Shown here: piece after piece, positions 26,247 through 34,454 of the stretch
Position numbering within the stretch: the first letter of the stretch is position 1
Layout of the letters: the number at the start of each line of letters is the position of its first letter
DNA from: Chloroflexota bacterium
GTDB lineage: Bacteria; Chloroflexota; Anaerolineae; UBA7937; B3-Chlor
NCBI GenBank assembly: GCA_030613785.1
Contig: JAUWLF010000009.1
Location: 5,624-69,623, forward strand
Direction: 5' to 3'
Length of the DNA: 64,000 bases
Translations under genes and position numbers: made by a program
Notes under the pieces: model-generated
Database searches by the model: none
Told to the model about the DNA's origin: nothing
What the model saw: only the letters and a program-made list of their open reading frames with translations

Positions 26247-26275
26247 ATTATAGCTCAGGTGAAACGTACTGCCAA
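26247..26275 (-). promoter_or_regulatory. sigma70-type promoter TTGGCA-17-TATAAT (GT4-GH65 operon)
   Basis: Minus strand reads TTGGCAGTACGTTTCACCTGAGCTATAAT. Confidence 0.7.
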
Positions 26276-26382
26276 TACCGAAGCGTACACGCTGCAAGAC
26301 TTCAGCACTCCAGCTCAGTTGGCGCACAACGCTGCCCCATCCGCGTTTTCTAGGACGGTGGCACAAGTATAGGTACAGGAGC

Positions 26383-26411
26383 TTGCAATTCGGTACAGAA
26401 TCTGGTATAAT
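26383..26411 (+). promoter_or_regulatory. sigma70-type promoter TTGCAA-17-TATAAT
   Basis: TTGCAATTCGGTACAGAATCTGGTATAAT, 30 nt before the ATG at 26442. Confidence 0.8.
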
Positions 26412-26441
26412 GCTGATGTACAACTCCGGAGGTGCGCTACG

Positions 26442-27089
26442 ATGTCCATAACCCTCAACCTCAATGTCCTCATCGCCCAGTGGGAGCAGGCCCATCCAGG
26501 CCAGAAGCTGACTTTGAGAAGGCTCAGCGGCCTGGTCGGCGTAAACAAGAATACTCTGGGCCGCCTCAGAAGTGGAACCGCCGAACGGATAGACCTCACG
26601 ACTCTGGACACGCTGTGCCGGTTCTTTGACTGCACCCCAAATGATCTGCTGCCCTACAGCAAGGAGGGCAGGGGAATCACCGGTCCTGAGAGGAGGGACA
26701 CCATGAAAGACAAGCTCGTTAGAGATGTGATGCACCGCAAGGTGATCAGTTGTCGCGTGGACACCCCGCTCAAGGAGGCTGCCGTAATGCTGGACTCCGA
26801 GAAGATCAACGCTCTCGTGGTGGTCGATGAGAGCGGCGACCTCTGCGGCGTAGTGTCACAGAGCGACTTGGTCAAGGTCTGTGAACAGGACTGGGAGGGC
26901 CTGGCAGCGGAAGATGTGATGACGCCGGATGTAGTCACCATCGTCGCCGACATCCCTGTCCTGGCGGCGGTCGAGCTGATGCTCGACAACCAGATACATC
27001 GCGTGGTCATCATCCAGGGAGGCCTGGCACCTCGTCGCCCGGTCGGTGTCCTCTCCATGACAGACGTCGTCCGAGAAATGGCAGTCTGA
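26442..27089 (+). CDS. XRE-type HTH fused to a CBS-pair domain
   Basis: The N-terminus LTLRRLSGLVGVNKNTLGRLRSG...LDTLCRFFDCTPNDLL is an HTH_XRE type. The C-terminus VRDVMHRKVISC...ALVVVDESGDLCGVVSQSDL...VMTPDVVT...HRVVI forms two CBS motifs. Confidence 0.75.
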   Translation: MSITLNLNVLIAQWEQAHPGQKLTLRRLSGLVGVNKNTLGRLRSGTAERIDLTTLDTLCRFFDCTPNDLLPYSKEGRGITGPERRDTMKDKLVRDVMHRKVISCRVDTPLKEAAVMLDSEKINALVVVDESGDLCGVVSQSDLVKVCEQDWEGLAAEDVMTPDVVTIVADIPVLAAVELMLDNQIHRVVIIQGGLAPRRPVGVLSMTDVVREMAV

Positions 27090-27130
27090 AGGAGGCCATC
27101 TCTCACTGCAGTGCGCCTAGGCACGTCGCA

Positions 27131-28222
27131 CTAGCCGCTAGGCTGCTGCTGGACGATGCAGTGAATGTTGCCACCACCTAGGAGGATCTCCCGGCTGTGC
27201 ACTCCCACAACCTTTCGCTGGGGGAACAGCCTTTGCAGACTCTCCAGGGCGTCCTCGTCATGGGGATCACCAAACGTGGGTACCACAACCGCACCGTTGG
27301 CGAAGTAGAAATTCACGTAGGACGCAGGCAGACGATCCCCTTCTCGACGAGGCCGAGAGCCCTGCACGGCCTGAATGCCTTCGCAGTCTGCTTTGGTCCT
27401 ATGCAGAGGCCCCGGCTGGTGGATGATGTGAATCTCCACTTGCCGTCCCCTGGCATCAGTGGCTTCGCTCAAGCGCTCATACGCGTCGTTAGAGATCTTC
27501 CATTGTGAGTCCGATGGGTCGTCAGTCCAGGTCAAGGCCACCACTCCCGGACGGATGAAGCAGCACAGATTGTCCACATGCCCACTGGTTCCATCGCCAG
27601 GGACGCCCTTGCCCAACCAGATGATCTTCTCCACCTTCAAGTACTCCGCTAAGAACTTCTCAATCTCCCCCCTGCTCAAGCGGGGGTTGCGATTGGGATT
27701 CAGGAGGCACTCCTCCGTCGTCAGCAGCGTACCCTCTCCATCCACGTGGATGGAACCACCCTCCAGTACCAGTGGAGCTTTGTACCTGTCAAGGCGTTCG
27801 ATCTCTAGAACCTTGCGGGCAACCAGGGCATCTTGATCCCAAAGAAAGTACGCGCCACCATCAAGCCCTCCCCAGGCGTTGAACTCCCAGTCCACCCCCC
27901 GAACGAGGCCCTCGTCGTTCGCCACGAAGGTGGGGCCGCAATCGCGCATCCAGGAGTCGTCGCAGGACATCTCCACCACACGGATGTCGCTGCGCAGTTG
28001 TTGACGGGCGTTGGTGAACTGGTCTTTGGACACTCCAACTGTGACCGGCTCGAAGTCGGCTATCGTCTCGGCCACCGCTGCGAACGCCTGCTGAGCCGGC
28101 TTGGCGTCCAGGCGCCAGTTGTCAGTTCGCTCTGGCCAGAGCATCCAGCAGCCAGCGTGGGCTTCGAACTCGCCTGGCATCCAGAACCCGTCCCTGCCGG
28201 GAGTTCCGCCAATAGTGGTCAC
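27131..28222 (-). CDS. aguA: Agmatine deiminase
   Basis: 363 aa. It ends with GGGNIHCIVQQQP and shows the WMRDCGP and HVDN motifs. GTG start. Confidence 0.8.
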   Translation of the reverse strand: MTTIGGTPGRDGFWMPGEFEAHAGCWMLWPERTDNWRLDAKPAQQAFAAVAETIADFEPVTVGVSKDQFTNARQQLRSDIRVVEMSCDDSWMRDCGPTFVANDEGLVRGVDWEFNAWGGLDGGAYFLWDQDALVARKVLEIERLDRYKAPLVLEGGSIHVDGEGTLLTTEECLLNPNRNPRLSRGEIEKFLAEYLKVEKIIWLGKGVPGDGTSGHVDNLCCFIRPGVVALTWTDDPSDSQWKISNDAYERLSEATDARGRQVEIHIIHQPGPLHRTKADCEGIQAVQGSRPRREGDRLPASYVNFYFANGAVVVPTFGDPHDEDALESLQRLFPQRKVVGVHSREILLGGGNIHCIVQQQPSG

Positions 28223-28430
28223 CGTCTCCCTTTGCTCCGCCTCTCTTGTGCGCCGTGCGGGCGCCCCTTCTCACCATAGGCAATGAAGATGTTCACGCTG
28301 GCACGCTCATGCTCGGCCACGGACTCCGCACAGCATTCCTCGTCTGTGCAGTCCGTCACGACCTGGCTCAGCCCCGCATCTCGTCCCACTGCGACGCGAC
28401 CTCATCGAAGTACTTCTTGCCGCTCACCAT
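28219..28430 (-). pseudogene. Possible internally deleted, frameshifted SAM-methyltransferase remnant
   Basis: MVSGKKYFDEVASQWDEMRG* is a typical methyltransferase N-terminus. In another frame comes ...TDEECCAESVAEHERASVNIFIAYGEK..., which resembles the C-terminus of ArsR-linked methyltransferases. Its stop overlaps the aguA GTG as GTGA. The family link is from memory. Confidence 0.3.
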
Positions 28431-28638
28431 CCTTTGCCCCCTCAGCTCTTCAGAGAATAGACGTGCTTCAAGCAAACCAAGAATCGCGCGTCCACTTCTT
28501 CCTTCTGAGCCAGCTTGACCGTGGTGCTCCAGCTGCTTTCTAGGGCGTCTCGCGAGCCGAAAAGACTGCCCACCCGGACGTTCAGCGCCCTCGACGGAGA
28601 GACACTGGCACGGAACGCCGGTTGCACGTTGCAGCCAC

Positions 28639-28667
28639 AGTATACGAGCCTCGGCGAGAACTGTCAA
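28639..28667 (-). promoter_or_regulatory. sigma70-type promoter TTGACA-17-TATACT
   Basis: Minus strand reads TTGACAGTTCTCGCCGAGGCTCGTATACT, about 410 nt upstream of aguA. Confidence 0.7.
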
Positions 28668-28817
28668 CAGTGGAGCTCAGCTTTCCGAGGCCCTGGCTAC
28701 AAGCGTCGGTGCGCTCCTACCGTGGCTAGCAGGTGTGATGCGCACAGTGTCATCACGCTAGTCCCCTGGGGTACTTCTGCCCATACGGGAAGATTGTAAG
28801 GTATCCCTTGCAAAAAG

Positions 28818-28846
28818 TTGACAAATCTGCTACACTATACTATCGT
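28818..28846 (+). promoter_or_regulatory. sigma70-type promoter TTGACA-17-TATCGT
   Basis: TTGACAAATCTGCTACACTATACTATCGT. The ORF-track start at 28808 lies upstream of it. Confidence 0.75.
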
Positions 28847-28867
28847 GAAAAGAACGGAGTTGGACAG

Positions 28868-29299
28868 ATGAGATTCACAACGCGAGCCCGCTATGCCCTG
28901 AGAGCTATGATTGACCTGGCCACGCACTATGATCAGCACCCCGTGCCCAGACGAGATATAGCACGCCGACAGGACATCTCTCCCCACTACCTTGAGCAGT
29001 TGTTCCTCAAACTGAGAGACGCCGGTCTGATTCAAGCGGTCAGAGGGCCAGGAGGTGGATACATTCTTTCCGCGAGCGCAGAGGACCTTACGGTGGGGAC
29101 CATCATCCGCGTTGTGGATGAGGTACTTGCACCTGTCCCCTGCCTCAGGACCGAGTCGTCCCTCAAGTGTGACCGCGCCCCGACCTGCGTCACACGCCCC
29201 CTCTGGAGGGAACTGGAGAAAAGGACGTACGAATTCCTGGACTCCATCACCCTCCAAGACTTGTGTGATGACGCCTGCGAATTGGCCGGTTCAGACTAG
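28868..29299 (+). CDS. Rrf2-family transcriptional regulator with a Cys triad
   Basis: MRFTTRARYALRAMIDLA... is a typical Rrf2 N-terminus. The triad is C-x8-C-x5-C (CLRTESSLKCDRAPTC). Confidence 0.8.
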   Translation: MRFTTRARYALRAMIDLATHYDQHPVPRRDIARRQDISPHYLEQLFLKLRDAGLIQAVRGPGGGYILSASAEDLTVGTIIRVVDEVLAPVPCLRTESSLKCDRAPTCVTRPLWRELEKRTYEFLDSITLQDLCDDACELAGSD

Positions 29300-29346
29300 T
29301 GGCGCCGGTTCTTGCAGAGCGGACCGCCGACACGGCTGGAGATGTC

Positions 29347-31644
29347 ATGACCGAGCCATCGCTCATTGGAAAGAGTATCCCCAAGATTGACTCCCTGACC
29401 AAGGCCACCGGAGAAGCCAAGTACACGGCGGACTTGACCCTGCCCAGGATGCTCCATGGTAGGATCTTGCGCAGTCCATACCCCCACGCCAGGATCCTGA
29501 GCATAGATACTAGTGAGGTGGAGAGATTGCCTGGCGTGAAGGCTGTCCTCACCGGCCGAGATACCGCGGGCGAGAAGTGGGGCGTTTTCAGATATACCCG
29601 TGACCAGCAACTCCTACCCGTGGACAGGGTTCGCTACGTGGGCGAGGAGGTGGCTGCGGTAGCCGCGGTGTCGGAGGATGTCGCCCAGGAAGCCCTGGAG
29701 CTCATCAGAATAGACTACGAGGCTCTCCCCGCCGTGTTCACCATAGAAGAGGCCATGGCCGAGGGAGCGCCCCTCATCCACGAGGGGTTTGCACGGAACA
29801 TCAATATCCACGTGCCCATCGAGGTGGGAGATGTTGAAGGAGAGCTCAGCCAAGCACATTTGGTGAGGGAGGACACTTTCGTCTCTGAAGAGGAATCCTA
29901 TTTCATGAGCGAGCCATATGCGATCCTGGCTAGCTACAACACCGCAGGCAACCTTGAGATCTGGATGCCCAATGCTTCCCCACACACCAAGGCAAAAGCC
30001 CTGTCCAATGTGCTGAAGATCCGTCTCAGCAAAGTCCAGGTCCGGAAGACAACCATTGGTGGGGCTTTTGGGGGACGCTCCGACGTGTTTCCTGGAGAGT
30101 TCATCGCCGCTATGCTCTCCATCAAGGCCGCACGCCCGGTCAAGATCGTCTATAGTCGGGAAGAAAACACCACGGCCACGCGGCAGGGACACTCCATGAT
30201 CACCACCATCAAGACTGGAGTGGACAGGGATGGTGTGGTCACCGCACGAGACATCACCTGCTATATGGATGGCGGAGCCTATAGCAGCACGGGTCCCATC
30301 GCTACCTCGGTACCCTTCCTTTGCCTGGAGCAGGTCTATCGGATGCCCAACGTCCGCTACAACGGCTACCGAATCTACACCAACAAGCCTATCCGCGGGA
30401 TGATCCGTACCCACGGTCGAGCCTTTGCCTGCGGTGTTGACATGCAGTTGGACATGATCGCCGAAGAGTTGGGCCTAGATCCGATGGAGATCCGCCTCCG
30501 AAACGCAACGCGGCAAGGAGATATCCTTCCCACCAAGTCTGTGGTCCACAGCTGCGCCCTTGATGAAACCATCAGGCAGGCGGCGGAGAAATCCAAGTGG
30601 AAGGAGAAGCGGGGAAAGCTCCGACCCTACCGCGGCATTGGCATGGGCTGCAATTCCGTTCAAACCGGATTCCCTCTGGGTATTCGAGGAGGCTCCCAGG
30701 CCATTATCAAGTTCAACGAGGACGGCGGGGCGACAGTCATCTCTGGGGTCGTCGATACCGGCCAAGGAAATGACAACATGCTCGTGCAGATCGCCGCGCA
30801 GGAATTGGGCCTGCCGATGGAGGAGATCCGACTCATCTCCGCAGACACCGAGACCACCCCCACGGACGCGGGCTGCTATTCCATGGTCACCACCTTCGCC
30901 GGCGGAAATGCTGTGCGGCTTGCTGCCCGAGACGCCAAGCTACAGCTTTTCGACGTCGCCGCCGAGATGATGGGCGCAGAGCCAGGGGACCTCGTGGCCA
31001 GGGATGGACAGATCCTCATTGAAGGGGAGTCCCCAACGGGGATCCCTATCCGCAAGGTGGTACGCAAGGCTCTGCTCGAGGACAAGCCGATCATGGGCCG
31101 AGGTCACTACACTCCTCACGTGGACCACACGCGTGAATGGATCAAGAACCCTCAAGGACAACTCTCCGAGGCATTTTCCTTCGGAACAACCGTCGCGGAG
31201 GTGGAGGTGGATCCAGAGACAGGGCAGGTGAGGGTTCTGGAGGTCACCGCGGCTCAAGACTGCGGGTACGCCATCAACCCCATGATCGTGGAGGGCCAAT
31301 TCGAAGGAGGGGTGGCCATGGGGGGTCAAGGTGGGGTCCTCACCGAGGGCCATCAGTGGGACGGTGGGCACATGTTCAACCCCACCTACCGGGAGTACAA
31401 GATCCCCTTGGCCTGCGACATGCCCCACATCAACCCCATCATCGTGGAATCGCTGGATCCCAACGGACCCTACGGAGCCAAGGAGGCGGGGATGTCCATC
31501 GCCATGTCCGCCGCCCAAGCATATTGCAATGCTATCTGCAACGCCATTGGCACCTGGATTCAAGAGCTACCATTCACTCCGGAGACCATTCTGAGAGCCA
31601 TTGAGACGAAGGAAGGGAGCTCGAGCGGAGAACAGGCCAGATGA
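29347..31644 (+). CDS. Xanthine dehydrogenase/aldehyde oxidase-family molybdopterin-binding large subunit
   Basis: KIDSLTKATGEAKYTADL (a/b hammerhead), GGAFGGRS, and a length of about 765 aa. The ATG at 29347 has GGAG 8 nt upstream. Confidence 0.8.
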   Translation: MTEPSLIGKSIPKIDSLTKATGEAKYTADLTLPRMLHGRILRSPYPHARILSIDTSEVERLPGVKAVLTGRDTAGEKWGVFRYTRDQQLLPVDRVRYVGEEVAAVAAVSEDVAQEALELIRIDYEALPAVFTIEEAMAEGAPLIHEGFARNINIHVPIEVGDVEGELSQAHLVREDTFVSEEESYFMSEPYAILASYNTAGNLEIWMPNASPHTKAKALSNVLKIRLSKVQVRKTTIGGAFGGRSDVFPGEFIAAMLSIKAARPVKIVYSREENTTATRQGHSMITTIKTGVDRDGVVTARDITCYMDGGAYSSTGPIATSVPFLCLEQVYRMPNVRYNGYRIYTNKPIRGMIRTHGRAFACGVDMQLDMIAEELGLDPMEIRLRNATRQGDILPTKSVVHSCALDETIRQAAEKSKWKEKRGKLRPYRGIGMGCNSVQTGFPLGIRGGSQAIIKFNEDGGATVISGVVDTGQGNDNMLVQIAAQELGLPMEEIRLISADTETTPTDAGCYSMVTTFAGGNAVRLAARDAKLQLFDVAAEMMGAEPGDLVARDGQILIEGESPTGIPIRKVVRKALLEDKPIMGRGHYTPHVDHTREWIKNPQGQLSEAFSFGTTVAEVEVDPETGQVRVLEVTAAQDCGYAINPMIVEGQFEGGVAMGGQGGVLTEGHQWDGGHMFNPTYREYKIPLACDMPHINPIIVESLDPNGPYGAKEAGMSIAMSAAQAYCNAICNAIGTWIQELPFTPETILRAIETKEGSSSGEQAR

Positions 31645-31740
31645 GGCCCTCTTGCCAGTGATTTGCCGCTCGGCCAGAATCCCGCTGCGTCCCCAAACTC
31701 ACCGCACATAGGAGATAGAACGCTCTTGTGCACAGCTCCC

Positions 31741-32844
31741 ATGCATGGACGGACCATCGAGGAACTCTCCAACGAGGAACTGGAGTACTATTCCCGACAG
31801 ATAGTTCTCCCAGCCATAGGCTACGATGGACAACTAAGACTGCGAAATGCAAAGGTTTGTATCGTCGGCTTGGGTGGACTTGGTTCTCCGGCCGCACTAC
31901 AACTGGCCGCCATGGGCGTCGGGCATCTCCGGCTCGTAGACTACGACGTCGTCGAGCTCTCGAACCTCCAAAGGCAGCACTTGTATGATATTCACTCCCT
32001 GGGGTACGCCAAGGTAGAGGTGGCAGCGACGAGGCTGCGTGACCTGAACCCCCACGTCCAGATAGAGCCCTTGCCGCTGTTCCTGAGTGAGAGCAACGCA
32101 CAAGACATCGTCAGGGACATGGATGTGGTGGTGGATGGACTGGATCGCATGAGCCCACGGTACGCCTTGAATAGGGCGTGTGTGAATCTGGGAGTCCCCT
32201 ACATCTTTGGCGCTGCCGTCAGCACGTACGGAAACGTCTCTACCATCATTCCAGGAACAACCGCATGTGTGGAGTGCTTCCAGAGAGGTTTCGACGATGA
32301 CTCGTTGCCGACCTGCGCTGTCGTAGGAGTTCACCCGTCGATCATCAACATCATAGCCAGCATCGAGGTCTCTGAGGCGATACGGGTGCTCCTGGGGCAG
32401 AAGCCTCGGCTGGCCAACGGGTTGCTTCACTGTGACGTCGAGTACCTGGAGTTTGAGAAGCTAGATCTCTCGAAGGCCGACGACTGCCCCGTGTGCGGCT
32501 CCGAACTCACAGCGCCCGCAGCGATTCCGGAGCACAGACTGGTGACCGAACTATGCGCGAGGCAGGGGCTAAGGACATTCGTGATCGCTCCGCGGCGAGA
32601 CCTGGCGTTGGACATGAGTGAGGTGCGCTCGCTGTTGAGCAAGGGAGGCTTCGATGCCAAAGTCGAGGGTGAGCTGGGGATCACGTTCGATCGAAAAGTG
32701 AACAAGAGCGTTAGCTTGTTGAAGAGCGGCGTGATGATCGTCGAGGATGCAGCCGACGAAAAAGAGGCGTATGATTTCTACGGCGAACTGGTCTTCGAGG
32801 GTCTGCACATCTCCCCGTCAGCAGTTGAAGACGTTACCTCCTAA
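31741..32844 (+). CDS. ThiF/MoeB/HesA-family E1-like adenylyltransferase with a C-terminal domain of about 120 aa
   Basis: YSRQIVLPAIG, VGLGGLGSP, two CxxC pairs (CVECF, CPVCG) and PTCAVVGV. The C-terminal region shows no rhodanese Cx4R loop that I can see. Confidence 0.75.
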   Translation: MHGRTIEELSNEELEYYSRQIVLPAIGYDGQLRLRNAKVCIVGLGGLGSPAALQLAAMGVGHLRLVDYDVVELSNLQRQHLYDIHSLGYAKVEVAATRLRDLNPHVQIEPLPLFLSESNAQDIVRDMDVVVDGLDRMSPRYALNRACVNLGVPYIFGAAVSTYGNVSTIIPGTTACVECFQRGFDDDSLPTCAVVGVHPSIINIIASIEVSEAIRVLLGQKPRLANGLLHCDVEYLEFEKLDLSKADDCPVCGSELTAPAAIPEHRLVTELCARQGLRTFVIAPRRDLALDMSEVRSLLSKGGFDAKVEGELGITFDRKVNKSVSLLKSGVMIVEDAADEKEAYDFYGELVFEGLHISPSAVEDVTS

Positions 32845-32970
32845 ACGGACGGGCTGGAGACCCAGTGCAGACCAGATCCGCAGCAACAGCGATGTCCTCG
32901 TCCCGAGCTCCCAGCCCAGATCGGTGCACCAGCGCACTCGGATCAGCCAGGATCCACGGCCAACCGCTGG

Positions 32971-34179
32971 CTACGGAGAAGCCCCTCCCAATCTGGCCCA
33001 GTCGGGCAATGGCTCCTGCTTGTACTCGGCGCCGTAGAACAAGTCATCGGCCTTGGTGAGAAAACGCGTCGCCTGGGGCACGCGAGTCGCGATCTCGGCC
33101 ACGAGTCTATGGAAGACAGTACGCGGCTTGCTCCAAGGACAGACCACCTGGCAGATACCGCAGGCCGCTCCCTGGCTGCCCCAGTAGAGGAGACATCTCT
33201 CCTCGTCTAGCTTCCACTTCCTCACACCTCTGACCACCACCTTCTCGCCTGAAGGGATGGCTCCAGGTGGGCAGTTCTCGGCACATTTCAGACACTTCTT
33301 GCAGTAGTCCTGTACCCCCAGATCTACGGGTTTGTCCACCGCCAGCGGAAGATCGCTGGTGACACAAACCAGCCGGAAGTTCAGCCCCAGTTCCTTGGTG
33401 ATTAGATACCCGGAGCGGGCCAGCTCCCCCATCCCCGCATCTACAGCCACTGGAACCAGTAGCACGCCGTAGTTCCTCAGGTGGTGGGCCCGAGCCGGGT
33501 ATCCCAGAGCCCGGATGTACTTGCCCAACTGCACCGCAACCAGAGCGCTGACGGCGTAGACCCGCCCGGTCTCGAAGTCATTCAACAGCGAGGGCCCAGT
33601 CCGCACGAGGCGAGCGCTCTGAGGAAAGGCCATGGTGATGGCATACTTGTGGTTGATCTCTATCGAATCGCCATACTTCAGGCCCTGATACCCATCAGGC
33701 ACTCCGGTGAACAGCGGAGGATTCGCTCGGTAGTGGTCGAAGAAAGGGCGTGTGCCCCGATGGCTATACACCCAGGCTGGGTTCAGTGGGCCTATGCGCA
33801 CCAGGTATGCCCCCAGTCGCCTGGCAACGGCCTTGATGCGGCGCGACATCACGTCCAGGTCCACTTGCACCTGATACGAGTCCACGGGCCCATCTACAGC
33901 ATCAGGCTGTGCCAAGGGCGCCACCGACCCAAAAGTCGTCTCGTAGAAGGCCTCGTTCAATGGATCTTCCGGTTCCTCTGGAGGGCTGTCAATCTTGTCC
34001 TGGATGAACCTGGCTAGCCGGCGATCGCTTTGCACAAGTTCCGGGTGCCGGGCGTGGTACTCCTTCTCGTTGGGGGTCCCGGGCAGGTACGCCTCGCGCG
34101 CAAACATGCTGTCCCGTTCGTCGAAGCGCTCCAAGGGGCCTACTACTTCATATGTGGGTCGCTCTACCTCGTGAGCCAT
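32971..34179 (-). CDS. Reductive-dehalogenase-family (RdhA-like) Fe-S protein, cytoplasmic type
   Basis: The C-terminus reads CKKCLKCAENCP...CGICQVVCPW, with VTSDLPLAVDKPVDLGVQDYC before it. There is no twin-arginine signal. The start was moved to MAHEVERP (SD GGAGGTG) because the promoter lies inside the longer ORF. Confidence 0.7.
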   Translation of the reverse strand: MAHEVERPTYEVVGPLERFDERDSMFAREAYLPGTPNEKEYHARHPELVQSDRRLARFIQDKIDSPPEEPEDPLNEAFYETTFGSVAPLAQPDAVDGPVDSYQVQVDLDVMSRRIKAVARRLGAYLVRIGPLNPAWVYSHRGTRPFFDHYRANPPLFTGVPDGYQGLKYGDSIEINHKYAITMAFPQSARLVRTGPSLLNDFETGRVYAVSALVAVQLGKYIRALGYPARAHHLRNYGVLLVPVAVDAGMGELARSGYLITKELGLNFRLVCVTSDLPLAVDKPVDLGVQDYCKKCLKCAENCPPGAIPSGEKVVVRGVRKWKLDEERCLLYWGSQGAACGICQVVCPWSKPRTVFHRLVAEIATRVPQATRFLTKADDLFYGAEYKQEPLPDWARLGGASP

Positions 34180-34197
34180 GTTCACCTCCGGAGAAAT

Positions 34198-34226
34198 AAT
34201 ATAGCCCCGACGGGTTGGGATGTCAA
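34198..34226 (-). promoter_or_regulatory. sigma70-type promoter TTGACA-17-TATATT (rdhA-like gene)
   Basis: Minus strand reads TTGACATCCCAACCCGTCGGGGCTATATT. Confidence 0.7.
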
Positions 34227-34248
34227 TCACAACTACCTGTGTTATAAT
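34220..34248 (+). promoter_or_regulatory. Promoter ATGTCA-17-TATAAT with TGT extended -10 (M16 operon)
   Basis: ATGTCAATCACAACTACCTGTGTTATAAT. Its -35 occupies the same bases as the -35 of the divergent promoter. Confidence 0.55.
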
Positions 34249-34454
34249 CGCATGTGAGCTGGCCGACAGGTCCCATTGTTCACGAGGCTGTTACCGCCCC
34301 CAATTGGCAGATCTTGGATGTTCGACAGATACATCCGCGCAAAGCAAACCGGAATTGTCAGTACGTAGGCCGCGGCACGTCGACCTGGCGGATTCTCAAC
34401 TGAGGCAGCATCGGGAGTTGATTCCGGTGCATTCTGACATACAAGGAGAAATGA

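Noticed and set aside
27090-27130. Inverted repeat AGTGCG...CGCACT between the convergent XRE-CBS and aguA genes, considered as a bidirectional terminator
   Set aside because: The stem is 6 bp with no flanking T or A runs, so the support is insufficient.
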